From the NCBI GenBank assembly GCA_040377305.1, contig JBEIPA010000008.1, positions 139,685-203,684 on the forward strand: a stretch of DNA of 64,000 nucleotides, read 5' to 3'. This document shows, in pieces, positions 30,094 through 40,235 of the stretch. This stretch comes from Flavobacteriales bacterium (GTDB taxonomy: Bacteria > Bacteroidota > Bacteroidia > Palsa-965). Within the stretch, counting starts at the first letter, position 1, and every line of letters begins with the position of its first letter. A program made the translations under genes and the position numbers. A model generated the notes under the pieces. It saw nothing but the letters and a program-made list of their open reading frames with translations, was not told where the DNA came from and did no database searches.

Positions 30094-30684
30094 TCAGGAT
30101 TCGCCACGATCCATCCACTTCTCTTCCGTCTTCACATCAAACGTCTTCATCTTCTCCATCAAGCCTTCAACTGTAGAATCAACAATCATCAGCTTGCGAT
30201 TATTCGTGCTGAGAAAACCTTCCTCCACCATCTTGTCCATTTGCGCCACTAGGTGATCCCAGTATCCATTCACATTCAGAATTCCTATCGGCTTGCGATG
30301 TAATCCCAATTGCGACCACGTGAGCATTTCGAAAACTTCGTCCATGGTTCCGTAACCGCCGGGAAGGACAATTACTCCATCGCACAAGGTTTCCATTTTC
30401 GCCTTTCGTTCGTGCATGGATTGTACCACGTGTATTTCAGTAAGACCGCTGTGACCAACTTCTTTCACGTTGAGAAAATCAGGAATAACGCCGATCACCT
30501 TTCCGCTTGCTGCGAGAACTGTATCCGCAATGATTCCCATGATACCGATTGAGCCGCCACCGTACACGAGTGTTTGATTATTCTTTGCGAGATAATTTCC
30601 GAGTTCAATGGCAGCGTCGCGGTAAATGGGTTTGTTGCCAGCGTTGGCACCGCAATAGACGAGGATGGATTTTAGATCGCGCAT
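30094..30684 (-). CDS. LOG family nucleotide phosphoribohydrolase
   Basis: 'VYCGA', 'LVYGGG..GIMG', 'MHERK', 'LPGGYGTMDE'. Confidence 0.93.
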   Translation of the reverse strand: MRDLKSILVYCGANAGNKPIYRDAAIELGNYLAKNNQTLVYGGGSIGIMGIIADTVLAASGKVIGVIPDFLNVKEVGHSGLTEIHVVQSMHERKAKMETLCDGVIVLPGGYGTMDEVFEMLTWSQLGLHRKPIGILNVNGYWDHLVAQMDKMVEEGFLSTNNRKLMIVDSTVEGLMEKMKTFDVKTEEKWMDRGES

Positions 30685-30697
30685 GGCTAAATGTAGC

Positions 30698-30730
30698 AAA
30701 CCTTAAAGGTTTTAAAAACCTTTAAGGTTT
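30698..30730. repeat. 33-bp near-palindromic REP-like element
   Basis: AAACCTTAAAGGTTTTAAAAACCTTTAAGGTTT, followed by a CG-alternating tract. Confidence 0.85.
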
Positions 30731-30745
30731 ATACGCGCGCGCGAA

Positions 30746-33127
30746 CTAAAAATCTATCTGATAATAAAACAACGGCAAAAACCCAAGCTGATACTGTTCC
30801 TGAATCGGACTCTTTCCGGGAGTTGAACTCGGTGAATACGTCAAGCCAAGAATGTTCTTTTGCCCGGTGAGATTGAGCAAGTCAATTCCAACTTCGTGAG
30901 TGACCTTCTTCGCATTGTATTTCCAGACTACACGAACGTCGAGTCGGAAATACGGTGTGCTGAATTGCTGTGTATTGCGAAGAGAATCGATAAATGTTTC
31001 TTCGTTCTCCAATGCTGAAGCAACAGTATCTATTGGTGTGTACCAGCGTTTGCCAGCCATGGTAACTTTTGTCCCGAACTGAAGTGTTTGCTTTTCTCCA
31101 ATCTGGAATTCATAAGCACCGAGCAAGTTCATTGCATAACGCGTGTTGAAATCTGTATCGCGGGTGATTCCGTCGCTACCCGTGTATTTGGCATCGAACA
31201 CAGAAGCTGTATACATGAAGAAGAATTTCTTGCTGAAGAATTTTTCGAGTGTAAACTCAACACCTACATTGCGGCCTGTTCCTGTATTCACCAATGTATC
31301 GGGGAAGAATCGGGAGAATCCGGATCCCTGGTTGAGCACCGAGAATGAAGATGATTTCTTCTCGACCGGAACGTTGTAGAGATACTGATAGTAACCCTCC
31401 ACTTTCACGCGCATGTTGTTGCCGATGGTAAGATCATAACCAACAACGGAATGAATGCTCTTCATGAAGTCGACTTCCTTATTATGTAAACGTTTCAGTG
31501 AATCTCCTGCAACGTGCGTGTAGTATACATACGCGGGTAACATCTGGCTGTGCATTCCGCCCGCAACCTGTACAGATTGCTTGTCGGTCATCTGCCAACT
31601 TACGCTCAAGCGAGGTTCAACCGCCAGGCTTCCGTTCAACGTAAAATATTGTCCGTGAACACCACTGTTGATCGTCACTAAATCAGTTGGACGGAATTTC
31701 CACTGTACGTAAGGCTGAAACAACATCGAATTGCCTGTGTAGTCCTGTCGCACTTGCCATTCCTGTGAAACGAGGGAATAAATACTATCGTGCAGGTCGT
31801 TGATGTAAAGATCATTGAACATCCCCGCTTTGATTGTGTGTTTTGAATTCACACGAGTCAGGAAGTAGAAGTTGAACGAATATCGTTGTTCATTGTTTCT
31901 GTAACCCATCTTTGCGGTAATTGAATCGACTGCGAATGTTGAATCGCGCCACACGAGATCGTGATTCGCAGCCGAGTAACGTGCGCTACCTGCAACTACT
32001 CCACGGAAAAATGTTTTATCGCTGAGCGACTTTGCATACACAATTCCGCTGAAGCCCATTCCCGTTCGGAAATACTGATCGCGATTATCAACACCGTACA
32101 ATTCATCGTTAGGTTCGGTGAGATCACTCACCCTGATATCGATCTTACTGTTTCCAGCTATTCCGAACCACGAGAGGTTTCCACCGTTCTTCAAGGGAAA
32201 ATTCAGTTTGAAAGCACCGTCCATGTAAGAAGGAACGGCTCCCGTACCAATTGGCATGTTCAGGGCCTCGAACATCTTCAGCGTTGAATAGCGATAGTTT
32301 ACAAGAAACGACGAACCTTTCTTTCTGTTCATTGGACCTTCTGCAGAAAGTTCTGTCCCAAGAAATCCGAATTGACCGTTGAACTCAAATTTCTCATTGT
32401 TACCGTTGCGCAATTTCAAATCGAATGCGGCTGCAATACTATTTCCGTATTCCGCCGAGAACGCGCCTGTGTAGAAATCTGAATTCGCGAGTACTTTATT
32501 GTTCAGCATGCTCACAGGTCCACCGGTAGTTCCTTCAATTGCAAAGTGATTCGGATTCGGAATATCGACTCCTTCTACTCTCCACAAAACTCCTGCTGGA
32601 GAATTTCCACGCACGACTATATCGTTGCGGGAATCATTTGCTCCCTGCACACCCGCAAAGTTCGACGCCATACGCGCAGGATCGCCACGACTTCCTGCAT
32701 AACGATTCGTTTCTTCTACCGAAAACATGCGGCCACTTCCCGCCCCCATTTCGTTGACTGTTCCGTCTTTCTTCTGTCCAACAATTACAACTTCATTTGT
32801 AGTTGCGACACTCATCTCCAATTCGAGATTGAGAATCGTTTCCTTTCCGGTATTCACAATCACGTTTGGAATCACTTGCATGAGATAACCCGTGAACTGC
32901 ACCCGGATGGTGTATCGACCTACATCAACATTGTCAATTCGAAAATTGCCATCAACGTCTGCAGCCGCTCCGCCTTTCATGGTGGAGTCGCCGTACAATT
33001 GAACTACGGCTCCCACAAGTGGTGCGCGCGTGTCCTTATCTAAAACTTGTCCGCGAACGGAAGACGTTCCTTGGGCGAATGATCCGATTGTGATCAACAG
33101 AAGGAGGAGCGTGCAGTGAATTCTCAT
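30746..33127 (-). CDS. TonB-dependent receptor with CarboxypepD_reg-like N-domain
   Basis: Plug 'GDPARMASNFAGV..RNDIVVRGNSP..IPNPNHF', beta-barrel, C-terminal Phe. The ORF-track 5' extension runs into a repeat. Confidence 0.92.
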   Translation of the reverse strand: MRIHCTLLLLLITIGSFAQGTSSVRGQVLDKDTRAPLVGAVVQLYGDSTMKGGAAADVDGNFRIDNVDVGRYTIRVQFTGYLMQVIPNVIVNTGKETILNLELEMSVATTNEVVIVGQKKDGTVNEMGAGSGRMFSVEETNRYAGSRGDPARMASNFAGVQGANDSRNDIVVRGNSPAGVLWRVEGVDIPNPNHFAIEGTTGGPVSMLNNKVLANSDFYTGAFSAEYGNSIAAAFDLKLRNGNNEKFEFNGQFGFLGTELSAEGPMNRKKGSSFLVNYRYSTLKMFEALNMPIGTGAVPSYMDGAFKLNFPLKNGGNLSWFGIAGNSKIDIRVSDLTEPNDELYGVDNRDQYFRTGMGFSGIVYAKSLSDKTFFRGVVAGSARYSAANHDLVWRDSTFAVDSITAKMGYRNNEQRYSFNFYFLTRVNSKHTIKAGMFNDLYINDLHDSIYSLVSQEWQVRQDYTGNSMLFQPYVQWKFRPTDLVTINSGVHGQYFTLNGSLAVEPRLSVSWQMTDKQSVQVAGGMHSQMLPAYVYYTHVAGDSLKRLHNKEVDFMKSIHSVVGYDLTIGNNMRVKVEGYYQYLYNVPVEKKSSSFSVLNQGSGFSRFFPDTLVNTGTGRNVGVEFTLEKFFSKKFFFMYTASVFDAKYTGSDGITRDTDFNTRYAMNLLGAYEFQIGEKQTLQFGTKVTMAGKRWYTPIDTVASALENEETFIDSLRNTQQFSTPYFRLDVRVVWKYNAKKVTHEVGIDLLNLTGQKNILGLTYSPSSTPGKSPIQEQYQLGFLPLFYYQIDF

Positions 33128-33267
33128 ACGGTGTGCTTTGTTTCGGTCAAATATAGAACACGCAGCTGTCGCGTCAAGACCACTTGAAATATCAGCAAAA
33201 GTTTTGAGATGAGTGGGCAGAATCTGCAAGTTAAGGTTAGCCCGATTTGCAAAATCTGCAAACGTAA

Positions 33268-33425
33268 ACCACATAGAATCATAGATATTTCTGTGTTTGC
33301 TAAGCGAGCCGAACAAGTTCGGCCGTCATAGAACACAAGAGATCATCAGCAAGCTGATGATACTCATGTGACCTATGTAGTTCTTGACTATCGCTAGAAA
33401 ACAAAGGACTATGATCCTATGTGGT
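33268..33425. mobile_element. Nested inverted-repeat element E3, halves X+Y
   Basis: ACCACATAGAATCATAG...CATAGAACACAAGAG-ATCATCAGC-AA-GCTGATGAT..CTATG...CTATGATCCTATGTGGT; colinear with E1. Confidence 0.88.
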
Positions 33426-33429
33426 GAAT

Positions 33430-34458
33430 TTAGAAGCGGAAATTCTTAACAACATCCACGAAAAATTTCACCTTCTCTTTTTCGAGATCAGGATAAAGGC
33501 CGTGTCCAAGATTTGCAATGTGACGATCAGGTCCGAATGCGCGCAGCATTTTTTCTGTCTCCGACTTGATGGTATCGAAATCGGCATACAGCAAACATGG
33601 ATCTGCATTGCCTTGTAAAGTTTTTCCGTTGCCAATGAGCTTGCGCGATTCTGCAATGTCCATAGTCCAGTCGAGACCGATGGTGTTGCATTTTAGTTGC
33701 GACAATTCCTGTCGAACGAAGAATGCATCCTTCGCGAAAACGGTGATTGGTGCGTACCCATGAAGTTCGTCGCAGATTCGTGCAATTGCGGGAAGTGCAA
33801 ATTGTTTGTACTGAGCCGGAGAAAGGACGCCTGCCCATGAATCGAAAATCTGAAGCATGTCGGCACCCGCTTTCACTTGTGCTTTGAGATAGTGAATCGT
33901 ACTCTCCACAATTTTCTCAAGCAACATTTCGGCAAGTCGAGGCTCCGTATATAAAAACTTCTTCGCTTTCGAGAATGTTTTTGATCCGCTTCCTTCAACC
34001 ATGTATGCGAGTAACGTCCAGGGCGCTCCGGCAAAACCGATCAAAGGAACTCTGTTTGAAAGAGCAGCTTTGGTTAGACGAATTGCATCACACACATACG
34101 AAAGATCATCTTCACCATTCGCAACACGCAATTTATTGATGTCCGCTTCACTCTTAATTGTATTCTCAAACCACGGACCTTTCGCTTCCACCATGGTGTA
34201 AGGAAGACCCATTGCTTCCGGAATCACAAGGATATCCGAGAAAATAATTGCTGCATCAACACCGAGAATGTCGACCGGTTGTACAGTTACTTCACACGCG
34301 AATTCAGGAGTTTTTACGAGTTCAATGAATCCACCCATCTTCGCTCGTACTTCGCGGTATTCAGGTAACACACGTCCTGCCTGACGCATTAGCCAGACTG
34401 GAGTTCTTTCCGTTTTTTCACCGCGTGCTGCACGAAGAATGAGATCGTTTTGTAACAT
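33430..34458 (-). CDS. hemE: Uroporphyrinogen decarboxylase
   Basis: '[14 protein letters not shown]', '[10 protein letters not shown]', 'IGFAGAPWT', 'NLGHG'. Confidence 0.97.
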   Translation of the reverse strand: MLQNDLILRAARGEKTERTPVWLMRQAGRVLPEYREVRAKMGGFIELVKTPEFACEVTVQPVDILGVDAAIIFSDILVIPEAMGLPYTMVEAKGPWFENTIKSEADINKLRVANGEDDLSYVCDAIRLTKAALSNRVPLIGFAGAPWTLLAYMVEGSGSKTFSKAKKFLYTEPRLAEMLLEKIVESTIHYLKAQVKAGADMLQIFDSWAGVLSPAQYKQFALPAIARICDELHGYAPITVFAKDAFFVRQELSQLKCNTIGLDWTMDIAESRKLIGNGKTLQGNADPCLLYADFDTIKSETEKMLRAFGPDRHIANLGHGLYPDLEKEKVKFFVDVVKNFRF

Positions 34459-34574
34459 AGTGCAAAGGTAGTGAGACGACAGACTGGAGACGGGGGACGG
34501 GAGTAAAAAGTTGTGAGATATATTGGAAATCATTGACGCCCTTGTGACAATTCGTAAAACGAATAACTTTAAGC

Positions 34575-34826
34575 ATGCTCACACGAATCAGACCCAAACA
34601 CGTTATGATCTTTGGTATTGTTGCCATGCTGTGCGGAATTGGAATTTACGCCTTGTGGAATCACACAGAATTGCCTCGTGGCTTTCGCAGATCAGATTTG
34701 GGCAAGTGGATACGAAAAGACCTTGGGCGATATTGGATTTGCGGAATCTATTTCTTTGGTGGGCTGGTAGCTTTCCTGCGTGGATATATGGGAATGCGGG
34801 TAGAAGAACGCACTCGTATTCGCTAA
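34575..34826 (+). CDS. Small hypothetical membrane protein
   Basis: 83 aa with two hydrophobic segments. Confidence 0.55.
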   Translation: MLTRIRPKHVMIFGIVAMLCGIGIYALWNHTELPRGFRRSDLGKWIRKDLGRYWICGIYFFGGLVAFLRGYMGMRVEERTRIR

Positions 34827-34928
34827 CTCTGACGATTTAACGATTCTGGAAGCAAGTCGTCGGTTTTGGGGATTGGAAATATGTGATTTTATTAATTTCA
34901 CAACACCGATACCTAAACAAACCTGAAA

Positions 34929-37160
34929 ATGAAATTCCGCTTCTTACTTTCTCTATTCGTAACCCACTTTCTTTCTACATCTGCTCTTGCGCAATTGCCT
35001 TTTGAATGGGCGACGAGCACAGGCTCATCAAATACCATGTTCCGCGATGATGGTAATGCGATTACGACAGATGCATCGGGCAACGTATATGTTACCGGAA
35101 CATTTGCCGGAGCAACAGATTTTGATCCGGGCCCGGGAACATACAACCTAACTCCGGCTGGCACCGCAGACGTGTTCATTCAGAAACTGGATGCAGCGGG
35201 CAATTTTGTGTGGGCCATCAACTTTGGTGCAGCAACAACCGTGCACGACGCAGGCTATGAAATTAAAATCGGACCGGACGGAAATATTTACACCTCAGGT
35301 TTATTTAACAACACCGTCGATTTTGATCCCGGTATGGGTGTGTACAATATGACCGCTAATGTTGTTGGTGGATCAGATGTTTACCTGCTGTGCCTAGATG
35401 CGAATGCAGGATTTCTTTGGGCTGCACGCTTTGGCGGAACCGGTGGTGGTGAACACATTTACACAATCACATTTGACGACGACAGCAACCTCCTTGCCGG
35501 TGGCGATTTTCAGGCGACCGTTGATTTCAATCCCGGTGCAGGAACATACACCCTGACATCATTCGGCTCATACGATGGCTTTGTATTGAAACTCGATCTC
35601 GCCGGCAATTTCATTTGGGCAGGACGGATCGGTGGTTCCGGTGGAAGCGAAGTCGTAAATGAAATAGCAACCGACAGTGCAGGGAATGTGTACACCAGCG
35701 GCACATTCGAAGGCCTCACTGATTTTGATCCAACAGTTGGAGTATCGAATCTTGCGTCTGATGGAAACGGAGAACCGTTCCTCGCCAAATGGACAGGCAA
35801 CTGCACGTTGGTGTGGGCGCGACAGATCAGAGGCATTCCGAATGCGAACGGCACTTCAATTGCAGTGGATGCAGCCGGGAACGTGTACGGTACAGGTCGC
35901 TTTTGGGGAATCTCCGATTTCGATGGAGGTCCGGGAACAGCTACTACTGCATGGCATGGCGACTATGACATTTACGTGATCAAACTCGACCCTGCAGGTT
36001 TATTTCGCTGGGCAGTCGGCATCGGTTCAACCACTGAAGATTATGGAAGACGTTTAACGCTGGATGAAGAAGCAAACATTTACGTTGCCGGATATTTCAC
36101 TGGTACCGTAGACTTTGATCCAGGTGCGGGCACGACAAGTTTGTCCGGCCCAGGTGCATCCTACGATGCGTTTCTGTTAAGTCTTGATTCCGCCGGTAAT
36201 TTCTTATGGGCAAAGGATCTCAGCGGAACCGGCAGTGTTCAGATCTTTGATATACATCGGGATGAAGCGGGAAGCATTTATACTACCGGTGTCTTCGGCA
36301 TCACCACGGATTTCGATCCAGGCGCAGGAGTTTTCAATCTCACCTCGAATGGAGGAGGAGATTTCTTCGTTCAGAAATATTACGAGTGCAACAATGCTGG
36401 ATATACGATCAGTCCCGTGACCTGCGATAGTTTTACTTCACCAAGCGGACTGCACGTATGGAATACTTCAGGCGTGTATTACGACACGATTGTGAATCCT
36501 GCAGCATGTGATAGTGCACAATACACTATAGTCGTCAATCTCACGATTACGCAACCGAGCTCGGGCACAATCAATCCGACTGCATGTGGAAGTTATCTTG
36601 CTCCGGACGGCGCCATTTACAACATGAGCGGAACTTACACTGCAATAATTCCAAACGCTGCCGGATGTGACAGTACAATCACAATAAACTTAACGATTGA
36701 AACTGTGGATGTTTCTATCACGCAAAACGGATTGACACTAACCTCCGGAGCAAGCGGCGCGCAATATCAGTGGATCAATTGCAGCAACAACTCCGCAATT
36801 CCCGGAGCAACCAATCAGAATTACACAGTAACGGTGAACGGTAACTACGCGGTTGTGGTGACACAGAATAATTGCACCGATACATCCGCTTGCTTCCTCG
36901 TAAATAGTGTTGGAATTGATGACGCATCTCAAGCTGCAGTGAAGGTTTATCCGAATCCGGCTGGAGACGTTTTGAATGTTGAGTCGTTTGGGTACGGTTT
37001 ACTCACGCTGGTGAATGTTGCCGGAGAAGTTGTGTTTACTACATCGATCACCAAAACAAATACCCAACTTGATGTAACCGGATTACCAAATGGAATCTAC
37101 TTCCTCCAGATTAACAGTGCGCAAGGAATCGCAGTACGTCAGGTGGTTATAGCCCGATAA
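34929..37160 (+). CDS. SBBP beta-propeller repeat protein with T9SS C-terminal domain
   Basis: Seven 'D..GN.Y.TG.F..T.DFDPG.G' repeats; CTD 'VYPNP..GIYFL'. Confidence 0.9.
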   Translation: MKFRFLLSLFVTHFLSTSALAQLPFEWATSTGSSNTMFRDDGNAITTDASGNVYVTGTFAGATDFDPGPGTYNLTPAGTADVFIQKLDAAGNFVWAINFGAATTVHDAGYEIKIGPDGNIYTSGLFNNTVDFDPGMGVYNMTANVVGGSDVYLLCLDANAGFLWAARFGGTGGGEHIYTITFDDDSNLLAGGDFQATVDFNPGAGTYTLTSFGSYDGFVLKLDLAGNFIWAGRIGGSGGSEVVNEIATDSAGNVYTSGTFEGLTDFDPTVGVSNLASDGNGEPFLAKWTGNCTLVWARQIRGIPNANGTSIAVDAAGNVYGTGRFWGISDFDGGPGTATTAWHGDYDIYVIKLDPAGLFRWAVGIGSTTEDYGRRLTLDEEANIYVAGYFTGTVDFDPGAGTTSLSGPGASYDAFLLSLDSAGNFLWAKDLSGTGSVQIFDIHRDEAGSIYTTGVFGITTDFDPGAGVFNLTSNGGGDFFVQKYYECNNAGYTISPVTCDSFTSPSGLHVWNTSGVYYDTIVNPAACDSAQYTIVVNLTITQPSSGTINPTACGSYLAPDGAIYNMSGTYTAIIPNAAGCDSTITINLTIETVDVSITQNGLTLTSGASGAQYQWINCSNNSAIPGATNQNYTVTVNGNYAVVVTQNNCTDTSACFLVNSVGIDDASQAAVKVYPNPAGDVLNVESFGYGLLTLVNVAGEVVFTTSITKTNTQLDVTGLPNGIYFLQINSAQGIAVRQVVIAR

Positions 37161-37216
37161 ACCTTCATCCGGAATGCGTACCGATTCTTTATCTTCGCAG
37201 AACTAAATTTCAAGCT

Positions 37217-38434
37217 GTGAATCATTCGTTCGATGTAGTTGTAGTTGGCGGAGGTTGCGTAGGCCTCGCCGCTGCATATAAAATCAACACGCGTTATCCT
37301 CACCTCAAAGTTGCTGTACTGGAAAAGGAAGATCATTTATCTCCTCATCAGACCGGACACAACTCGGGCGTAATTCACTCCGGCATTTATTACAAACCAG
37401 GTTCATACAAAGCGAAACTGTGTGTGGAAGGACGGCGCGAATTAGTTGCATTTGCCAAAGAGCACAACATTGCACACGATATCTGCGGTAAGATCATTGT
37501 CGCGACTCACGAAAGTGAAATAGCGCACATGACCAAAGTGTTCAACAACGGGAAAGCAAATGGCGTGGAAGACATTGAGCTCATCGATGCAAAACGTATT
37601 AAAGAAATCGAACCCTTTGTTGAAGGCATTGCCGGAATCTGGGTTGGATGCACCGGCATTATTGATTTTCCCGGAGTAACACGAAAACTTGGTGAACTCC
37701 TTGAGAAGAATTTTCCGGGAAGCAAAGTCTTCACCAAAACAGAAGCCAAAGATTTCGAACACAAGGGTGCAACAACAGATATACTCACGAACAACGTAAC
37801 GTTCACAGCGAAGTACATTGTGACTTGTGCAGGATTGCAGAGCGATCGCATTGCGAAGAAAGAAGGAACGAAGTCGGATGCGGCTATTGTTGGTTTCCGT
37901 GGAGACTATTACGATCTCACGGAAATCGGAATGAAGAAAGTGAAGAACCTGATTTACCCTGTGCCGAATCCGAAATACCCTTTTCTCGGTGTTCACTTCA
38001 CTCGCATGGTTCACGGAGGCGTTGAGTGCGGACCCAATGCAGTTTTCGTTTTCAAACGCGAAGGCTACAAGAGAACTTCATTTAGTTTACGCGATACACT
38101 ATCCGCTTTCACTTTCTGGGGCACGTGGAAATTCTTCGCGAAGAACATGAAGTTCGGTCTTGATGAATACCGTGGTGCATTCTCGAAGCGCTACTTTCTG
38201 AAACGTTTGCGTACACTCATTCCGTCATTGCAATCGGAAGATATTGTTGCATCACGCAGCGGCGTTCGTGCAATGGCGCTTTCTCCGGAAGGAAATATGC
38301 TCGACGATTTCAAGATTGAACATCGCAACAATGCGATTCACGTATTGAATGCTCCTTCTCCTGCAGCGACTGCTTGTCTTTCCATCGGAAAAGCGATTGA
38401 AGAGATGGCGACGGAGAAGTTCGGCTTAAAATAA
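37217..38434 (+). CDS. lhgO: L-2-hydroxyglutarate oxidase
   Basis: GGGCVG FAD motif, 'QTGHNSGVIHSGIYY.PGS', 'PFLGVHFT', 'NAPSPAATA'. Confidence 0.93.
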   Translation: MNHSFDVVVVGGGCVGLAAAYKINTRYPHLKVAVLEKEDHLSPHQTGHNSGVIHSGIYYKPGSYKAKLCVEGRRELVAFAKEHNIAHDICGKIIVATHESEIAHMTKVFNNGKANGVEDIELIDAKRIKEIEPFVEGIAGIWVGCTGIIDFPGVTRKLGELLEKNFPGSKVFTKTEAKDFEHKGATTDILTNNVTFTAKYIVTCAGLQSDRIAKKEGTKSDAAIVGFRGDYYDLTEIGMKKVKNLIYPVPNPKYPFLGVHFTRMVHGGVECGPNAVFVFKREGYKRTSFSLRDTLSAFTFWGTWKFFAKNMKFGLDEYRGAFSKRYFLKRLRTLIPSLQSEDIVASRSGVRAMALSPEGNMLDDFKIEHRNNAIHVLNAPSPAATACLSIGKAIEEMATEKFGLK

Positions 38435-38479
38435 TGTGCTAATCTGCTTCCGCCGCGGCGGAGGGTTAATGTGCTAATG
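38432..38479 (+). repeat. Left arm of cargo-flanking 8-nt-period inverted repeat
   Basis: AATGTGCT-AATCTGCT-[TCCGCCGCGGCGGA]-GGGTTAATGTGCTAATG. Confidence 0.8.
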
Positions 38480-39046
38480 AAGACGAGAGTAAATTTGATC
38501 ATTGTACTTCTTTCACTTGTCTTTGTTTCGTCGTGCGCACCACCGGCGAAACCTCTTGAGTATGGCGACATTATTTTCGATATAGACTCTGCCAAAGCTA
38601 TCAGAGAAGCGATCAAGGATGAACGTAAATCGCGTTTTGATTTGTTCGGTCAATATGCAGGTGTGAGCTTTGATACCACCGGAAAACAGCTCGATACATT
38701 TTATTTGTACGATGTTCATTTCGCATGTACCTGTCCAAACTGGGCAGATACGGTTACTTGGAAAGACAGTACTGCATACTACTACCTCGATCCCGCAGAC
38801 CCTTCTATTGAGCTCCCATATGAGTTCACGTTTCCTACGAATACTATTCGGTTTTATGGTACCCTTTTACCCAACTGGGGTCTGCCTAAATACGAGGAAT
38901 TATACGGTCATCCTCAAGATGGGCCGGTAATTGTTTATTACGGTTACGAAATGATTCGCCCATGGACTTTCTGGGGTCCGGAAGTAACGACGTACGAAAG
39001 AGTCGAAGACACGACGAGCATGGCTTCTCAATTAATCGTGAAATGA
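38477..39046 (+). CDS. Hypothetical lipoprotein (paralogue 1)
   Basis: Lipobox VSSC; shares NT.RFYG..P and YYGY..I..WGP motifs with the next gene. Confidence 0.75.
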   Translation: MKTRVNLIIVLLSLVFVSSCAPPAKPLEYGDIIFDIDSAKAIREAIKDERKSRFDLFGQYAGVSFDTTGKQLDTFYLYDVHFACTCPNWADTVTWKDSTAYYYLDPADPSIELPYEFTFPTNTIRFYGTLLPNWGLPKYEELYGHPQDGPVIVYYGYEMIRPWTFWGPEVTTYERVEDTTSMASQLIVK

Positions 39047-39606
39047 AAAATAAATTTCAGATGCGCGTAACGATATTATCTGTGAGCATTACACTTGCGA
39101 CTATTCTCATCCTTTCGTGTGGTACAGAGCCGCAACTTAAAGATGGCGACACAGTATTTTTCCCAGATACAATTGCATTCAAGCAGGAATGGAAAATGGA
39201 AGAACAGCAAATGCTAACAGAAGTGTTTGCAGCAGATACTTCTTACAATCAACTCGGTCTTGACACAATTGACCTTACTTTCAAGTTTAGCAGTGGTCCC
39301 GACTGGATTGATACTTCAAAACTGGCACTTGACTGTAAAGAGTGCAGTGAATTCTATACCGAACCCGCAGTATACAGCTTAATGTTCCCAACAGCATTCT
39401 TATATGATGGAAATACGGTGCGATTTTATGGAGTTCGGATACCAGGTGTGAATGTGCCGGCTGGGAGAGAATTCAGCCCTCCGTCAGCAGTATTTCGATA
39501 TTACGGTTATGACGTGATTGGTACTTTCAAGGTATGGGGACCTACAATGAGCATAACTCAAAACCAAGACACAGTAGAACAACAGGTGATCTTGGTTTTT
39601 GATTAG
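39043..39606 (+). CDS. Hypothetical lipoprotein (paralogue 2)
   Basis: ATGA overlap with the previous gene (alternative start 39061); lipobox ILSC; same motifs as paralogue 1. Confidence 0.75.
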   Translation: MKNKFQMRVTILSVSITLATILILSCGTEPQLKDGDTVFFPDTIAFKQEWKMEEQQMLTEVFAADTSYNQLGLDTIDLTFKFSSGPDWIDTSKLALDCKECSEFYTEPAVYSLMFPTAFLYDGNTVRFYGVRIPGVNVPAGREFSPPSAVFRYYGYDVIGTFKVWGPTMSITQNQDTVEQQVILVFD

Positions 39607-39650
39607 CGCATTAACCCAGCACATTAGCACATTAACCCATTAGCACATTG
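39605..39650 (-). repeat. Right arm of cargo-flanking inverted repeat
   Basis: CATTAGCACATTAACCC (39622-39638) is the exact reverse complement of 38463-38479. Confidence 0.8.
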
Positions 39651-40187
39651 CTAGGTGGTCTTCTCCCCTACAAACTGATCATCCTTATCCTGAAACAACA
39701 CATTAAACGTTGTGAGGCTTCCGTAAATTTTCGTGATGTATTGTTGCATCTCCACCTTGTCTTCGTCGGTGAGTTTCTGATGCGCGTTAATTTTCTGTTC
39801 GAGTACACGCAGGCGATCGCGCAACATAACAATCTTGTGGAAGAACGATTCGATAGAAACTTCCTTCGACTTCAGTGAAGTATCACCCGGTTCCATAATC
39901 ATGTTTCCGCCCTGCCATTTCCCGGCGAGTTCAACGTTACTGCCAACATGATAGTCATCCAGAATACGGCGCAATGTTTTTTCGAGTTCGTCCATGGTGA
40001 AAGGGTATTGACTGTTTTCCTCGCCGGGAGCAGCGAGTAATGTGAGAAGTTCTGCTTTTCGTTTCGAGACTTCCATGATTCCGCGAGCACCGAAATCGAT
40101 GGTCCAGAATACCGGTTGATCTCCGGTAATTTTTCCTTTACCGTAGTGTTCGTGATCGACAATTGCACCTACTGTGAATTCTTCCAC
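39651..40187 (-). CDS. Conserved hypothetical protein
   Basis: N-terminal 'G..V.H..YG.G.I' SH3-like motif; C-terminal 'FFHKIVM.RD.LRVLEQ.IN..YGSLTTFN.LF'. Confidence 0.8.
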   Translation of the reverse strand: MEEFTVGAIVDHEHYGKGKITGDQPVFWTIDFGARGIMEVSKRKAELLTLLAAPGEENSQYPFTMDELEKTLRRILDDYHVGSNVELAGKWQGGNMIMEPGDTSLKSKEVSIESFFHKIVMLRDRLRVLEQKINAHQKLTDEDKVEMQQYITKIYGSLTTFNVLFQDKDDQFVGEKTT

Positions 40188-40235
40188 GGTTCTATTTTTG
40201 CTTAGGTATCAATGTTGTTTTGACTCAGGTGCGTT

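Noticed and set aside
33128-33316. N-terminal extension of the TonB receptor
   Set aside because: Begins inside element E3; the signal peptide starts at 33127.
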